A stretch of DNA of 59,395 nucleotides from Candidatus Margulisiibacteriota bacterium (GTDB lineage Bacteria; Margulisbacteria; WOR-1; O2-12-FULL-45-9). Below the pieces are notes generated by a model. It ran no database searches. It was not told the DNA's origin and saw only the letters and a list, made by a program, of their open reading frames with translations. Positions 19,705 to 30,173 of this stretch are shown piece by piece. The number at the start of each line of letters is the position of its first letter. Positions within the stretch are counted from its first letter, which is position 1. The stretch lies in NCBI GenBank assembly GCA_034723395.1, contig JAYEOW010000048.1, forward strand, positions 1-59,395, written 5' to 3'. The translations under genes and the position numbers were made by a program.

Positions 19705-20385
19705 ATGATCGAACTTGTTAACGTATCAAAAAATTATCCTAATAGCATCGATGTCCTTTATAATATTAACCTCCATGTGGGGAAGGATGAGTTTATCTTT
19801 GTTGTTGGTCCATCCGGGGCAGGGAAGACCACGATTATGAAGCTGCTTTACCGCGAGGAGTTGCCCTCGGCCGGAAAGGTAGTCGTTGACCGGGTAAACG
19901 TAGTTGAGCTCGATTCGAACCAGGTCCCCTATCTTCGCAGAAATATCGGAGTGGTGTTCCAGGATTATAAACTGCTTGCAAAGAGGACGGTTTATGAAAA
20001 CGTAGCTTTTGCCTTACGAGTTACCGGGGCTCCCCGATCAAATATACGCCGCAAGGTAATGCAGTCTTTGGAAATGGTAGGGTTGCTGCGAAAGGCAAAT
20101 TCCTTTCCCGCGGAGCTCTCGGGCGGGGAAAAACAGCGTGCCTGTATCGCCCGGGCGATTGTTAATAATCCTCCGATCCTGCTGGCGGATGAGCCGACCG
20201 GGAATCTGGACCCGGCAACATCCTGGGATATTATTCAGCTCCTGGATAAAATTAATAAAAGAGATACGACGGTCCTGGTTGCGACCCATAATAAAAACAT
20301 TGTTGATGACATGAAGCGAAGGGTGGTTGTCCTTGAAAACGGGAGGATTACCCGGGACCAGCAGTTGGGGACATACAACACATAA
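19705..20385 (+). CDS. ftsE: Cell division ATP-binding protein
   Basis: GPSGAGKTT, LRRNIGVVFQDYKLL, LSGGEKQR, ADEPTGNLDP; followed by ftsX. Confidence 0.96.
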   Translation: MIELVNVSKNYPNSIDVLYNINLHVGKDEFIFVVGPSGAGKTTIMKLLYREELPSAGKVVVDRVNVVELDSNQVPYLRRNIGVVFQDYKLLAKRTVYENVAFALRVTGAPRSNIRRKVMQSLEMVGLLRKANSFPAELSGGEKQRACIARAIVNNPPILLADEPTGNLDPATSWDIIQLLDKINKRDTTVLVATHNKNIVDDMKRRVVVLENGRITRDQQLGTYNT

Positions 20386-21272
20386 TGTTTTCAAACCTTG
20401 AATTTTTTATAATTGAAGCATTCCGCTCTTTCCGCCGCTCGGCATTAATGAGTTTTGTCGCGATCGGCATAATTGCCGTTACTTTAGTTATCTTTGGGAT
20501 GTTTATTCTTTTGGTGATCAATCTGGGAAATATTATCGGGAATGTTTCCAGCCGGATGGATGTTGCGGCGTATGTTGAGAAGGATATCTCTCTTGAATCT
20601 GCCGGGGCCCTCCAGATAAAACTGACCAATCTTCCGGGGGTGGAAAAAGTTAATTTTATCTCCCGCACTGAGGCCTGGAGAAAATTCAGGGAGGATTTTG
20701 GAGGGAAATTGAATCTAGATGAAGTAATGACCTCCAATCCTCTTCCGCATACATATACGATCAAGGTGAAAACGCCCGAATATGTCCCGATTCTTGCCAA
20801 GCGGCTCTCTAAATTTGATGAGATAACCGAGATCCGCTATAGCGGGCAATTAATTGATCAGATAAAGACATTAATGGATGCGGTAAGGTTAGGAGGATCG
20901 GTTTTAATTATCTTGATATCCTTTGCTACCTTGCTTATCGTTGTTAATACAATTCGTCTAACTGTTTTAGCCAGAGAGACCGAGATCTATATTATGAAGC
21001 TGGTAGGGGCTACTAACTCATTTGTTAAGTGGCCCTTTATTATCGAAGGGGTGATGATCGGAGTTGTTGGGGGAGGCTTATCGTTTTTGGCCCTAAAGTT
21101 TTCTTATGACGCGGTCTTTTTGCGCATATCTACCGCGCTCCCTTTTCTCCCGCTGGTCAGTGACCAGCGACTACTGACTATGGTCTACCTGGTGATGATC
21201 TTTGGCGGGACCGCGCTGGGGATGATCGGAGCGTATGTTTCGGTTTCCAAAGTCTTAAAAGCGGAAATTTAA
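20385..21272 (+). CDS. ftsX: Cell division permease
   Basis: Four TM segments, NTIRLTVLARETEIYIMKLVGAT, PFIIEG. Confidence 0.95.
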   Translation: MFSNLEFFIIEAFRSFRRSALMSFVAIGIIAVTLVIFGMFILLVINLGNIIGNVSSRMDVAAYVEKDISLESAGALQIKLTNLPGVEKVNFISRTEAWRKFREDFGGKLNLDEVMTSNPLPHTYTIKVKTPEYVPILAKRLSKFDEITEIRYSGQLIDQIKTLMDAVRLGGSVLIILISFATLLIVVNTIRLTVLARETEIYIMKLVGATNSFVKWPFIIEGVMIGVVGGGLSFLALKFSYDAVFLRISTALPFLPLVSDQRLLTMVYLVMIFGGTALGMIGAYVSVSKVLKAEI

Positions 21273-21289
21273 AATTAAGGAGATGTAAT

Positions 21290-22630
21290 ATGTTAACTTA
21301 TTTAAGGAAAAAGATGAAGACGATCATGCTGGTGGTAGTAATTATTTTTGCCGCTTCTATGTTTTATGGGATAGGGATGTCAAGGTCTCGTGGGGGAGGG
21401 GGAGATAACCGAATTAAAGGATTAGCTAAAGTAAACGGGCGGGAAATAGATGTTTATCTATATCGTGAGTTTTTAAATAGGATTACCCGTCAGCTGGGGG
21501 ATAGCATTTCGGCGCAGGAGTTTGCTTTCGTCGAGAGCCAGGCGCTTCAACAGACAATAGATTTTACTATTCTGCTTCAAGAAGCCAAGAAGAGGGTAAG
21601 GATTTCCGGCAAAGAATTAGACATGGCGGTAAATAATGTGATGGCAAAGGGGAAGTTTTCCTCAAGAAAAGATCTGGAAAGGTCGCTAAAGAGCCTGGGG
21701 ATGAGCATGCGCAAGTTTAGGGAGATGCTGAAAAATGAGCTGTTAGTGGCAAAACTCATGCGAAAAATGCAGGAAGAGATTACTGTTTCACCGGATGATC
21801 TGCGCGAAGTAAAAGCGCGGCATATCCTGGCAAGCACCGAAGCCGATGCAAATGAAATGATTGTGAAACTTAAGAGAGGAGAAAAATTTTATAAATTAGC
21901 AAGAAAGTATTCGATCGATCCTGGATCAAAAGATAAGGGGGGGGATCTCGGTTATTTTACGACTGGAATGATGGTCGGACCGTTTGAAAAAGCGGCTTTT
22001 ACCTTAAAAATCGGAGAAGTAAGCGATGTGGTTAAATCACCTTTTGGCTATCACGTTATCGAAGTTACCGATACTAGATTGCGGAAATTTAAGGGAGGGC
22101 AAAAGGATATCGAAAAAGCGGCGCTGGCGGAGAAAAGAACCAAAGAATACCAAAAATGGTTTTCAAAGGTAAGGAGCAAGATTAAAGTAGAAATTAGCCA
22201 TCCCGGATTAAAGGGGCATGCTTATCGTTTCCGCGGCCAACTGCTGGAAGCGATCGAGGAGTATAAAAAGGCGATCAGGCAGAGCCCGAATAATGCTTAC
22301 CTGCACGTTTTTCTGGGGGATGCCTATTATTCGATCGGCAAAAAAGATCTGGCGATCAAGCAGTACCAGGAAGCGATCCGTGTAGAAGGGGGACGTCCGG
22401 AATTCTATATGATCCTGGGGATGGCTTATGAAAAGATCGGCAAAAAAGGTCTGGCGACAAAAGAGTATAAAAAAGTATCGATGATCGCCGGTGATAACAA
22501 GAAAATGCACGAAGATCTGGTTGAAATATTTAAAAAACTCGGGGCATGGAAAGAGGTTCGTGCGGAACGGGCGGAGATCAAAAGGATCGAAAAGAAAGAA
22601 AAATTTGAGAAGAGTTTAAGCGGAGATTAA
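21290..22630 (+). CDS. SurA/PrsA-like parvulin PPIase with C-terminal TPR repeats
   Basis: VKARHIL, LARKYSIDPGS...GGDLG, KSPFGYHVI; TPR-like helices. Confidence 0.88.
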   Translation: MLTYLRKKMKTIMLVVVIIFAASMFYGIGMSRSRGGGGDNRIKGLAKVNGREIDVYLYREFLNRITRQLGDSISAQEFAFVESQALQQTIDFTILLQEAKKRVRISGKELDMAVNNVMAKGKFSSRKDLERSLKSLGMSMRKFREMLKNELLVAKLMRKMQEEITVSPDDLREVKARHILASTEADANEMIVKLKRGEKFYKLARKYSIDPGSKDKGGDLGYFTTGMMVGPFEKAAFTLKIGEVSDVVKSPFGYHVIEVTDTRLRKFKGGQKDIEKAALAEKRTKEYQKWFSKVRSKIKVEISHPGLKGHAYRFRGQLLEAIEEYKKAIRQSPNNAYLHVFLGDAYYSIGKKDLAIKQYQEAIRVEGGRPEFYMILGMAYEKIGKKGLATKEYKKVSMIAGDNKKMHEDLVEIFKKLGAWKEVRAERAEIKRIEKKEKFEKSLSGD

Positions 22631-23995
22631 TTCCTCTCCGGCGCCAAGGATCTGTTTAACTTCAGCTTCTGAGGTTGATTCGACATATATTCTCAGCAGT
22701 GGTTCGGTCCCTGAGGCGCGGAACAATATCCAGCTGTTTTCTTCGAGAATAAGTTTTACCCCATCTAAGGTTTCAACTTTTTCCACATTTTTGCCTGCGA
22801 ATTTATCCGGAGTCGAATCTTTTAGCTTGGCAACGATATCTTTCGCCTTTTCGGTATGCAGATCGGTACGGTCATAATAAAAAAATCCATGTTCCCGCAT
22901 AAGCGAGCCCAAAATTTGGGACAGACTCTTCTTTTCATAAGCGATCAGCTCCAACAGCATTAGGCCAGCCAAAATTCCGTCCCTTTCCGGCGTATATCCC
23001 TTAATCCCCATCCCACCCGATTCCTCTCCTCCGAGCAGAATGTCTTTCTTGAGCATCTTGTCGGCGATATATTTAAAGCCGATCGGGGTTACAGTTAATT
23101 TTCTATTATATTTTTCGCACAAACGGTCAACTAAATTGCTGATATTAAACGTTTTGATGATATCGCCCGACATTTTTCGATGGACGATTAGATGATGGAG
23201 GAGGAGCGCGAATACATTGTGGGTATTAATAAATTTTCCTGACCCGTCAATCGCTGCTAAGCGGTCCCCATCTCCGTCCAATACAATACAAGCTGTGATT
23301 TCCGACGAATATTTGAGAGCGGTCTCTTTGGTAAAGGAGACAGAGTCTTCAAGATTTAGGGGGATCGGTTCGGGATTGATCCCGCCAAATAACGGGTTGC
23401 GCTGGCTGCGGATTTCAATAACCGGCAAGCCGAGCGCTCTGAAATATCCAGCTCCGCTCCCATACATCGGATCGATAACAATCTTTAAACGCTTGTTTTT
23501 AATCAGATCGAGATTGACCATCGAAGAAATTTTTTTAAGATAGGCCGGATTTGGATCAAATAGTTGGATATTTTTCGAAGATGGGGCAATTGAAAGCCCT
23601 TTTTTTAACTTGTTTTCAACTCCCTTGGTTGTTTCCGGGAAGGCTGATCCGCCAAACGATTCTTTGATCTTAAATCCGTTCCATTCCGGGGGATTATGTG
23701 AAGCGGTGATCATAATCCCAGCCGAAAGATTGTTTTCTATAACGCACGAGGAGAGAGCCGGAGAGGTGACCGCAGTTTTGGTCAGTAACGCCTTGGTCCC
23801 CGCGCCGGAGCATATCTCGGCCGCGGTCCGGGCAAACGATTCAGATTGGAAACGGTTGTCATAACCGACGGCTATCCCTTTAGTCTCTTTTCCCAGATAA
23901 TCGATTAATGCTTGTGATACCAGGCGGATATTGTCAAAAGTAAAATCTTCCGCGATCCTGGCGCGCCAGCCGTCGGTACCGAACTTAATTTTCAT
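22616..23995 (-). CDS. Phosphoglucomutase/phosphomannomutase (start moved to MKIKFGTDG at 23995)
   Basis: FGTDGWR, ITASHNP, DGDGDR, GEESGG, RASGTEP. Confidence 0.93.
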   Translation of the reverse strand: MKIKFGTDGWRARIAEDFTFDNIRLVSQALIDYLGKETKGIAVGYDNRFQSESFARTAAEICSGAGTKALLTKTAVTSPALSSCVIENNLSAGIMITASHNPPEWNGFKIKESFGGSAFPETTKGVENKLKKGLSIAPSSKNIQLFDPNPAYLKKISSMVNLDLIKNKRLKIVIDPMYGSGAGYFRALGLPVIEIRSQRNPLFGGINPEPIPLNLEDSVSFTKETALKYSSEITACIVLDGDGDRLAAIDGSGKFINTHNVFALLLHHLIVHRKMSGDIIKTFNISNLVDRLCEKYNRKLTVTPIGFKYIADKMLKKDILLGGEESGGMGIKGYTPERDGILAGLMLLELIAYEKKSLSQILGSLMREHGFFYYDRTDLHTEKAKDIVAKLKDSTPDKFAGKNVEKVETLDGVKLILEENSWILFRASGTEPLLRIYVESTSEAEVKQILGAGEELISA

Positions 23996-26003
23996 AGGCC
24001 TCCAGTTCAAATTCATAAAGCTCGTCGCCCGGCTCGTGGATATCGCAAGGATCATTAGGAACATCCTTTTTCCAGAGGGTGACCCATTTATGGTCCATTT
24101 TTGGGCAGTAGGGACCGACCAATTTATCGGAAACGGTGCAGATCTTTACCTTGACCAGTCCTTCTGGTTTCGGAAAATAGAGGATCGGCTTCCCCTGCAG
24201 GCTCTTTTTATTATATCCTTTCCAAATGCGGGGGCAAACGGCAACTTCGGCGATCCCTTTCATCGAAGTGTTATCATCATTCCCAACCCAAACCCCGGTA
24301 ACCAATTGAGGGACAAACCCGATAAACCAGGCATCGCGGAATTCCTCGGTTGTTCCGGTTTTGGCTGCTGCCGGCCGGGATATTCTGCCTCTGACCCCTG
24401 TCCCACGGGTTAAAACACCTTTCATCATATCGATCATGACCGCGGCAATGTTAGGGTCGAGCGCCCGTTTTTCTTTGATCGCATGTTTAAAAAGGGTAAC
24501 CCCATTGCGGTTTTCGATCTTTACGATCGCGGTAGGCTCAACCCGAATGCCGGAGTTAGCAAAAACTCCGTAAGCTGAGGTCATCTCTAAAAGGGTGGTC
24601 TCGGATACTCCAAGAGTTAGTGCCAGGCCGGATTCCAGGGGGCTTTTGATTCCCATTCTTCTTGCTACATTGATCGCCGACCGGATCCCGACCCGTTCGA
24701 GGATTTTGACCGACGGGATATTGAGCGATTTTTCGAGAGAGTATCGCAGGGTCACCGCGCCGCGGTATTTCTCGTCAAAATTCTTTGGTTCCCATGTCCC
24801 GTCCGGATTCCATTCGTTGGGGAAGACGTCAAAGGTTGTCGGGGTATCCATCATAATTGTTCCAGGGGATATTCCCTGTTCCATTGCCGCCGTATAGATA
24901 AAGGGCTTAAAGGATGATCCCGGCTGTCGTTTTGACTGGGTGGTGCGATTGAATTTACTTTCAAAGAAATCGACCCCGCCGACCATCGCTTTAATATAAC
25001 CGGTGCGCGGATCGATGGAGACGAGGGCCGCTTGGGTGAAATTATATTTTTCCCCTTCTTCGGTGACGATCTTGGTTATCACGTCTTCGGCGGCGGTCTG
25101 CATGGCTGTATCTAATGTTGTATAGACCCTAAGCCCGCCGTGATAGACTGTATCTTCGCCGTATTTTTCGAGGAGCTCTTTTAGGATGTGGCTGATAAAG
25201 TAGGGAGCGATCTCGCCAAGACGTTTTAAATTCTTAGGGGAAAATTCAAGATTTTCAATTGCGGCTATTTTTGCATCACGTTCGTTAATAATGCCGTGCT
25301 GGTAAAGCTTATTGATTACAAAGATTTGTCTACGTTTGGCCCCTTTAAAATTACGATAAGGGGAATAGAGCTCTGGTCCGCGGATGATCCCAGCTAAGAG
25401 GGCCGACTCGGCCAGGTCTAGATCTTCGGCATGTTTTCCGAAATAAAGATTTGCGGCCGATTCGATCCCATAAGTGTTATGTCCCAAATAGACCTGGTTT
25501 AGGTATAGTTCGAGGATCTCCTCTTTAGTAAAGCGCCTCTCAATCTGAATGGCGATGAGGATCTCCGCTAGCTTTCGAGCGACAGTCTTTCGCCGGGTGA
25601 GGAATAAATTTCTGGCCAGCTGCTGGGTGATCGTACTAGCTCCCTCCTTGATCCGCCCGTACATTACGTTCTTGATCCCAGCGCGAATTATTCTGCTGAA
25701 ATCAAAGCCTCGATGGTAATAAAAGCCCGGATCTTCGGTAGCGATCACCGATTTGATAAAATGGGGTGAAATTTTTGAAAGCGGGACGACCTGTCGATTT
25801 TCTTCTTTGTGCAGGCGGGCGAGGACCTTGCCGTCTGACGAAAAGATTATAGTTGTCTCGCTGGGAATGTACGAGCTGATGCTGTTGACATCGGGCAACT
25901 GGGATAATATTTGCAGTGAAAAACCGGCAACAACAGCAATAACCAGGAACACCCCGATTATTAGATATTTGGTCCGTTTGACCTTGCGTTTTTTGCGGCG
26001 CAT
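23985..26003 (-). CDS. Class A penicillin-binding protein (PBP1A family)
   Basis: Transglycosylase GASTITQQLARN and YLNQVYLG; transpeptidase SSFK, SLN and KTG motifs. Confidence 0.93.
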   Translation of the reverse strand: MRRKKRKVKRTKYLIIGVFLVIAVVAGFSLQILSQLPDVNSISSYIPSETTIIFSSDGKVLARLHKEENRQVVPLSKISPHFIKSVIATEDPGFYYHRGFDFSRIIRAGIKNVMYGRIKEGASTITQQLARNLFLTRRKTVARKLAEILIAIQIERRFTKEEILELYLNQVYLGHNTYGIESAANLYFGKHAEDLDLAESALLAGIIRGPELYSPYRNFKGAKRRQIFVINKLYQHGIINERDAKIAAIENLEFSPKNLKRLGEIAPYFISHILKELLEKYGEDTVYHGGLRVYTTLDTAMQTAAEDVITKIVTEEGEKYNFTQAALVSIDPRTGYIKAMVGGVDFFESKFNRTTQSKRQPGSSFKPFIYTAAMEQGISPGTIMMDTPTTFDVFPNEWNPDGTWEPKNFDEKYRGAVTLRYSLEKSLNIPSVKILERVGIRSAINVARRMGIKSPLESGLALTLGVSETTLLEMTSAYGVFANSGIRVEPTAIVKIENRNGVTLFKHAIKEKRALDPNIAAVMIDMMKGVLTRGTGVRGRISRPAAAKTGTTEEFRDAWFIGFVPQLVTGVWVGNDDNTSMKGIAEVAVCPRIWKGYNKKSLQGKPILYFPKPEGLVKVKICTVSDKLVGPYCPKMDHKWVTLWKKDVPNDPCDIHEPGDELYEFELEAYEN

Positions 26004-26099
26004 AGAAAATAATTATATCATTTTTAAGCTTGCTTGATAAGTAAACTAAGGTTGTGATAAAATCAATTTATAAATAAGCTCGGGGCGAGGAGTATTGAT

Positions 26100-26540
26100 A
26101 TGGCCAAAAATAAGATTTTAGTGATCCACGGACCGAATTTGGCGCTGCTGGGGGAGAGAGAAGTTTCTGTTTATGGGAAGTTTACTCTGGATGAGATCAA
26201 CCAAAAACTTGAAGCTTTAGCCAAAAAAGAGGGAGTAGAACTCGAGATCGTTCAAATGGACGTTGAAGGCGAAATCGTTGAGAAGATAGGGAAGGCGAGC
26301 AAAACTTCTAAGGCGATCGTTATTAATCCGGCGGCCTATACACACTACAGTGTGGCGATCCGCGACGCGGTCGCAGCGGTTAGAATACCGACGGTTGAGG
26401 TCCATCTGTCAAATATCTACGCGCGTGAAGAATTCCGCCATAAATCGGTAATCGCGCCGGTTGCTGTAGGGCAGGTTTCAGGTTTTGGGGTTAATAGCTA
26501 TTTGCTGGGTTTGAAAGCTGCGATTGATCTTCTTAAATAA
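26100..26540 (+). CDS. aroQ: Type II 3-dehydroquinate dehydratase
   Basis: [30 protein letters not shown]. Confidence 0.97.
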   Translation: MAKNKILVIHGPNLALLGEREVSVYGKFTLDEINQKLEALAKKEGVELEIVQMDVEGEIVEKIGKASKTSKAIVINPAAYTHYSVAIRDAVAAVRIPTVEVHLSNIYAREEFRHKSVIAPVAVGQVSGFGVNSYLLGLKAAIDLLK

Positions 26541-27171
26541 AGCACAACTAAAAGCGATCCGAATAGCCGATCGTGTCTATTCAAAACTAAAGGTAAAAGC
26601 GGGGATGACCGAAAAAGAGGTCGCCCGCCAGATAACTTTTTTACTGCGGCAGTATAAATCCAGGCCATCCTTTAGAATTCTTGTCGGATCCGGGAAAAGA
26701 TCGGCAATTCCACATTGCTTTGCTGCTGGAAAGAAGATCAAGCGGGGCGAGTTGGTTGTGATCGATTTCGGCGCGGTGTATAATGGATACAGGTCGGATA
26801 TGACCCGGACTGTTATCGTTGGGAAGCCTTCTAAGAGGCAAAAGAAGATCTATTCGATCGTGAAAAAGGCCCAGGCAATAGGCATAAAGGCAGTTAATGC
26901 CGGTAGGCCCTGTTGTGAAGTGGATAGAAAAGTAAGAGATTATATTAGGCAGAAAGGCTTTGGTAAGTATTTTGTCCATACTACCGGGCACGGGATTGGG
27001 AGAAGGGTTCATCAAGCGCCAAAAATTTCCAGAGGAAATAATCATAAGCTTAAGCTTGGCATGGTGATTACGATTGAGCCGGGAATTTATATCAAGGGAT
27101 GGGGCGGCGTGCGCATAGAAGATATGGTCCTGGTAACGAAAAAGGGATGCAAGGTATTGACTAAGTCATGA
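26524..27171 (+). CDS. M24 (Xaa-Pro) peptidase, catalytic domain only
   Basis: [23 protein letters not shown] and RIED metal ligands; no N-terminal creatinase domain. Confidence 0.85.
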   Translation: MIFLNKAQLKAIRIADRVYSKLKVKAGMTEKEVARQITFLLRQYKSRPSFRILVGSGKRSAIPHCFAAGKKIKRGELVVIDFGAVYNGYRSDMTRTVIVGKPSKRQKKIYSIVKKAQAIGIKAVNAGRPCCEVDRKVRDYIRQKGFGKYFVHTTGHGIGRRVHQAPKISRGNNHKLKLGMVITIEPGIYIKGWGGVRIEDMVLVTKKGCKVLTKS

Positions 27172-27833
27172 AAACAGTAGCGATTATAACTGCAGCGGGC
27201 CATGGAAAACGGATGGGAAGGCCGAAACAATTCCTGGAAATTGGCGGTAAACCGATCCTCGAATGGACAATTTCCGCCTTCCAATCAGCGGATGTAATCG
27301 ATGAGATCATTTTGGTCGTTAATAAAGGGGATGTGGAAAAGGGGAAGGCTTTTAAATATCCAAAATTAACGAAGGTTGTTGCTGGAGGAGATGAGAGGCA
27401 AATTTCTGTTAATAACGGCTTAAAGATGGTTGCCGGGGATGTTGGGATTGTTGCTATCCACGATGGGTCAAGGCCGTTTATTTCTCCTGAGATAATCGAA
27501 GAAGCGGTTTGCGAAGCCGAAGCGAGTGGGGCGGTGGTGGTTGGAGTACCGGTTTATGATACAATAAAACAGGTAAGGCGAGATTCCTCGGCCTGTGTAG
27601 TGAGGACCCTTGATCGGAGCGACTTGTGGAGGGCGCAGACTCCTCAAGTTTTTAGAAAAGAAATAATTTTAAAGGCTTATCAATGTTCCGGTAGAGTGAC
27701 CGATGATGCTATGCTGGTTGAGAAAATGGAGGTCCCGGTAAAGATGGTAATGGGTTCTTATAAAAATTTCAAGATCACCACCCCGGAGGACCTGGCGATT
27801 GCCGAGAAAATGATAAACGAAGGAGTTGCCTAA
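27168..27833 (+). CDS. ispD: 2-C-methyl-D-erythritol 4-phosphate cytidylyltransferase
   Basis: AAGHGKRM, KQFL, HDGSRP, AQTPQ, TDDA, KITTPEDL. Confidence 0.95.
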   Translation: MKTVAIITAAGHGKRMGRPKQFLEIGGKPILEWTISAFQSADVIDEIILVVNKGDVEKGKAFKYPKLTKVVAGGDERQISVNNGLKMVAGDVGIVAIHDGSRPFISPEIIEEAVCEAEASGAVVVGVPVYDTIKQVRRDSSACVVRTLDRSDLWRAQTPQVFRKEIILKAYQCSGRVTDDAMLVEKMEVPVKMVMGSYKNFKITTPEDLAIAEKMINEGVA

Positions 27834-28297
27834 TGTTCGGGATGATCAATGGTCTGTTATCAAATTTTACTTTTGTTGCGGTTGTCATTGCCTGGTTGTT
27901 GGCGCAGATAATTAAAGTGGTCATTTACCGTTTTGAAGAAGGGGGATGGAATATCTGGCATTTTTTTGAGGCGGGAGGGATGCCTTCGGCGCACTCTGCG
28001 GCGGTAACTTCGCTTACTTTATCGGTTGGGCTTACCGTTGGATGGGACAGCGCATTATTTACTGCCTGTCTGGTCTTTGCGTTAATTGTTATGTATGATG
28101 CCACTGGAGTTCGGCGGGCAGCGGGTAAGCAGGCCGAGATATTAAATAAGATCGTAGATGATATTTATTCTACAGGGAAGGTAAAGGTAGATAAATTAAA
28201 AGAGATCCTGGGCCACGATCCGATCGAAGTTGTCGCAGGGGCTTCGCTATCGATCATTGTGACGTTAATCGTTTATTATGTCTGGTTTATTAGATAA
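27833..28297 (+). CDS. Divergent PAP2 family (DUF212) membrane protein
   Basis: GGMPSAHSA, VMYDATGVRRAAG, LGHDPIEV. Confidence 0.9.
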   Translation: MFGMINGLLSNFTFVAVVIAWLLAQIIKVVIYRFEEGGWNIWHFFEAGGMPSAHSAAVTSLTLSVGLTVGWDSALFTACLVFALIVMYDATGVRRAAGKQAEILNKIVDDIYSTGKVKVDKLKEILGHDPIEVVAGASLSIIVTLIVYYVWFIR

Positions 28298-30173
28298 AAT
28301 ACAACTCCCCAATACTTTAAAAGAGCTTTCGGGCAGGCAGCTCGAAGAAGTTGCGCGGGAGGTCCGCCATAAAATAATTGAGGTTACTTCTAAAAACGGA
28401 GGCCATGTTGCTCCCAGCCTAGGGGCGGTTGAGCTGGCGGTGGCGCTGCATGCCAGTTTTGAAAGCCCAAAAGATAAAATTATCTGGGATGTTGGCCATC
28501 AGGCTTATGCCCATAAGATACTGACCGGCCGTCTCGATAAATTCCATACCTTGCGGACCAAAGGGGGGATATCCGGTTTTCCCAAACCTTTAGAGAGTAT
28601 TCACGACGCATTTGGGGTAGGCCACGCGTCCACCTCTGTGTCAGCGGCTTTAGGGATGGTTAAAGCCCGTGACTTGCAAGGCAAAGATTATGCGGTGGTC
28701 GCAATAATCGGCGATGGTTCGTATTCGGGGGGGCTCGCTTTTGAGGGGGTTAATAACGTTGACGGGATGAAGAGCAACATGATTGTTATCTTAAATGATA
28801 ACGAGATGTCGATCTCAAAAAATGTAGGGGCGCTTTCGCATTATCTGACAAAAGTGTCGACCAGCGGTTTATATGTTGATCTAAGAAACCGGGTTGAAAA
28901 ACTGGCGAAAAAAATCCCCAAGGTCGGGACCCCTCTTTTTATGGCGGCTAAAAGATTAAAAGACAGGACCAAGCATATCGTGGTCAGCTTTAAGGTGGAT
29001 GTAATGTTCGAAGAGCTCGGCTTTAAGTATTTCGGGCCGATCGATGGGCATAATATTCCGTTGATAATGAGCACCCTTCACCATGCCAGGGAGATAAACG
29101 GCCCGGTGCTGGTGCATGTGGTCACCAGGAAAGGGAAGGGGTATGCTCCTGCAGAAGAAGATCCGACACGTTTTCACGGGACAGCGCCTTTTGATATTAA
29201 GACCGGCGATCCAAAAAATGGGAAGGGGAAAAGGAGCTATACCTCTGTTTTTGGCAAGACGATGGTCGATTTGGCAGAACGGGACCCTAAAATTATCGGG
29301 ATCACCGCGGCAATGATCGACGGTACCGGGCTGGACGAGTTTGCCGTAAAATTTCCCCGGCGCTTTTTTGATGTGGGGATTGCCGAAGAACACGCGGTCA
29401 CTTTTGCCGGAGGATTAGCGATCTCCGGTTTCCGTCCGGTAATCGCAATTTATTCGACCTTTTTACAAAGAGCCTACGACCAAATTGTCCATGATATCTG
29501 TCTGCAAAATTTGCCGGCCGTTTTTTGTCTCGATCGGGCGGGGATCGTTGGAGAAGATGGTCCGACCCATCATGGGATATTTGATATCGCCTTTTTAAGG
29601 ACGATACCTAACATGACGATTATGGCCCCGAAGGATGCGAATGAGTTGCGGCATATGCTTTTTTCCGCGTTAAAATATAATAGTCCGACGGCGATCCGCT
29701 ATCCTAAAGGTGGTGGTTTGGGGGGGGCGCTGGACGAAAACTATAAACAGATCGAGGTTGGTAAAGGAGAAGTTGCTTTTAGCCCCCGCGGCAGCAGTCA
29801 TGGGAAAAAGGTGGCGATTATCGCGATCGGTTCGATGGTTTTCCCATCGGTTAAAGTGGCTGATCTCCTTCAAAATGATGGAATTTCCGTTACCGTTATT
29901 AATTCTCGTTTTGCAAAGCCGCTTGATGATAAATTGATCCTCGAAACTGTTAAATCGGCGGATAAAGTTATAACGGTTGAAGAGGGAGCGCTGGATGGCG
30001 GTTTTGGATCTGGGGTGCTGGAGTTATTATCTGAAAAAGAGATCGATAAGCCGGTCTACTGTATTGGTCTCCCGACCGAATTTATCGGGCAGGGGGGCAG
30101 ATCGGAGCTGCTTGAAGAATATGGTTTAACTAAGGAAGGGATTTATAAAAAATGCTTACAGATATTGAAATAG
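28278..30173 (+). CDS. dxs: 1-deoxy-D-xylulose-5-phosphate synthase
   Basis: WDVGHQAYAHK, GHASTS, IGDG, NDNEMSI, GIAEEHA, DRAG. Confidence 0.98.
   Translation: MSGLLDKIQLPNTLKELSGRQLEEVAREVRHKIIEVTSKNGGHVAPSLGAVELAVALHASFESPKDKIIWDVGHQAYAHKILTGRLDKFHTLRTKGGISGFPKPLESIHDAFGVGHASTSVSAALGMVKARDLQGKDYAVVAIIGDGSYSGGLAFEGVNNVDGMKSNMIVILNDNEMSISKNVGALSHYLTKVSTSGLYVDLRNRVEKLAKKIPKVGTPLFMAAKRLKDRTKHIVVSFKVDVMFEELGFKYFGPIDGHNIPLIMSTLHHAREINGPVLVHVVTRKGKGYAPAEEDPTRFHGTAPFDIKTGDPKNGKGKRSYTSVFGKTMVDLAERDPKIIGITAAMIDGTGLDEFAVKFPRRFFDVGIAEEHAVTFAGGLAISGFRPVIAIYSTFLQRAYDQIVHDICLQNLPAVFCLDRAGIVGEDGPTHHGIFDIAFLRTIPNMTIMAPKDANELRHMLFSALKYNSPTAIRYPKGGGLGGALDENYKQIEVGKGEVAFSPRGSSHGKKVAIIAIGSMVFPSVKVADLLQNDGISVTVINSRFAKPLDDKLILETVKSADKVITVEEGALDGGFGSGVLELLSEKEIDKPVYCIGLPTEFIGQGGRSELLEEYGLTKEGIYKKCLQILK

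Noticed and set aside
27572..27600. Possible mini-hairpin insertion (cgagattcctcg) in ispD
   Set aside because: Too short, with no second copy in the window to support it.
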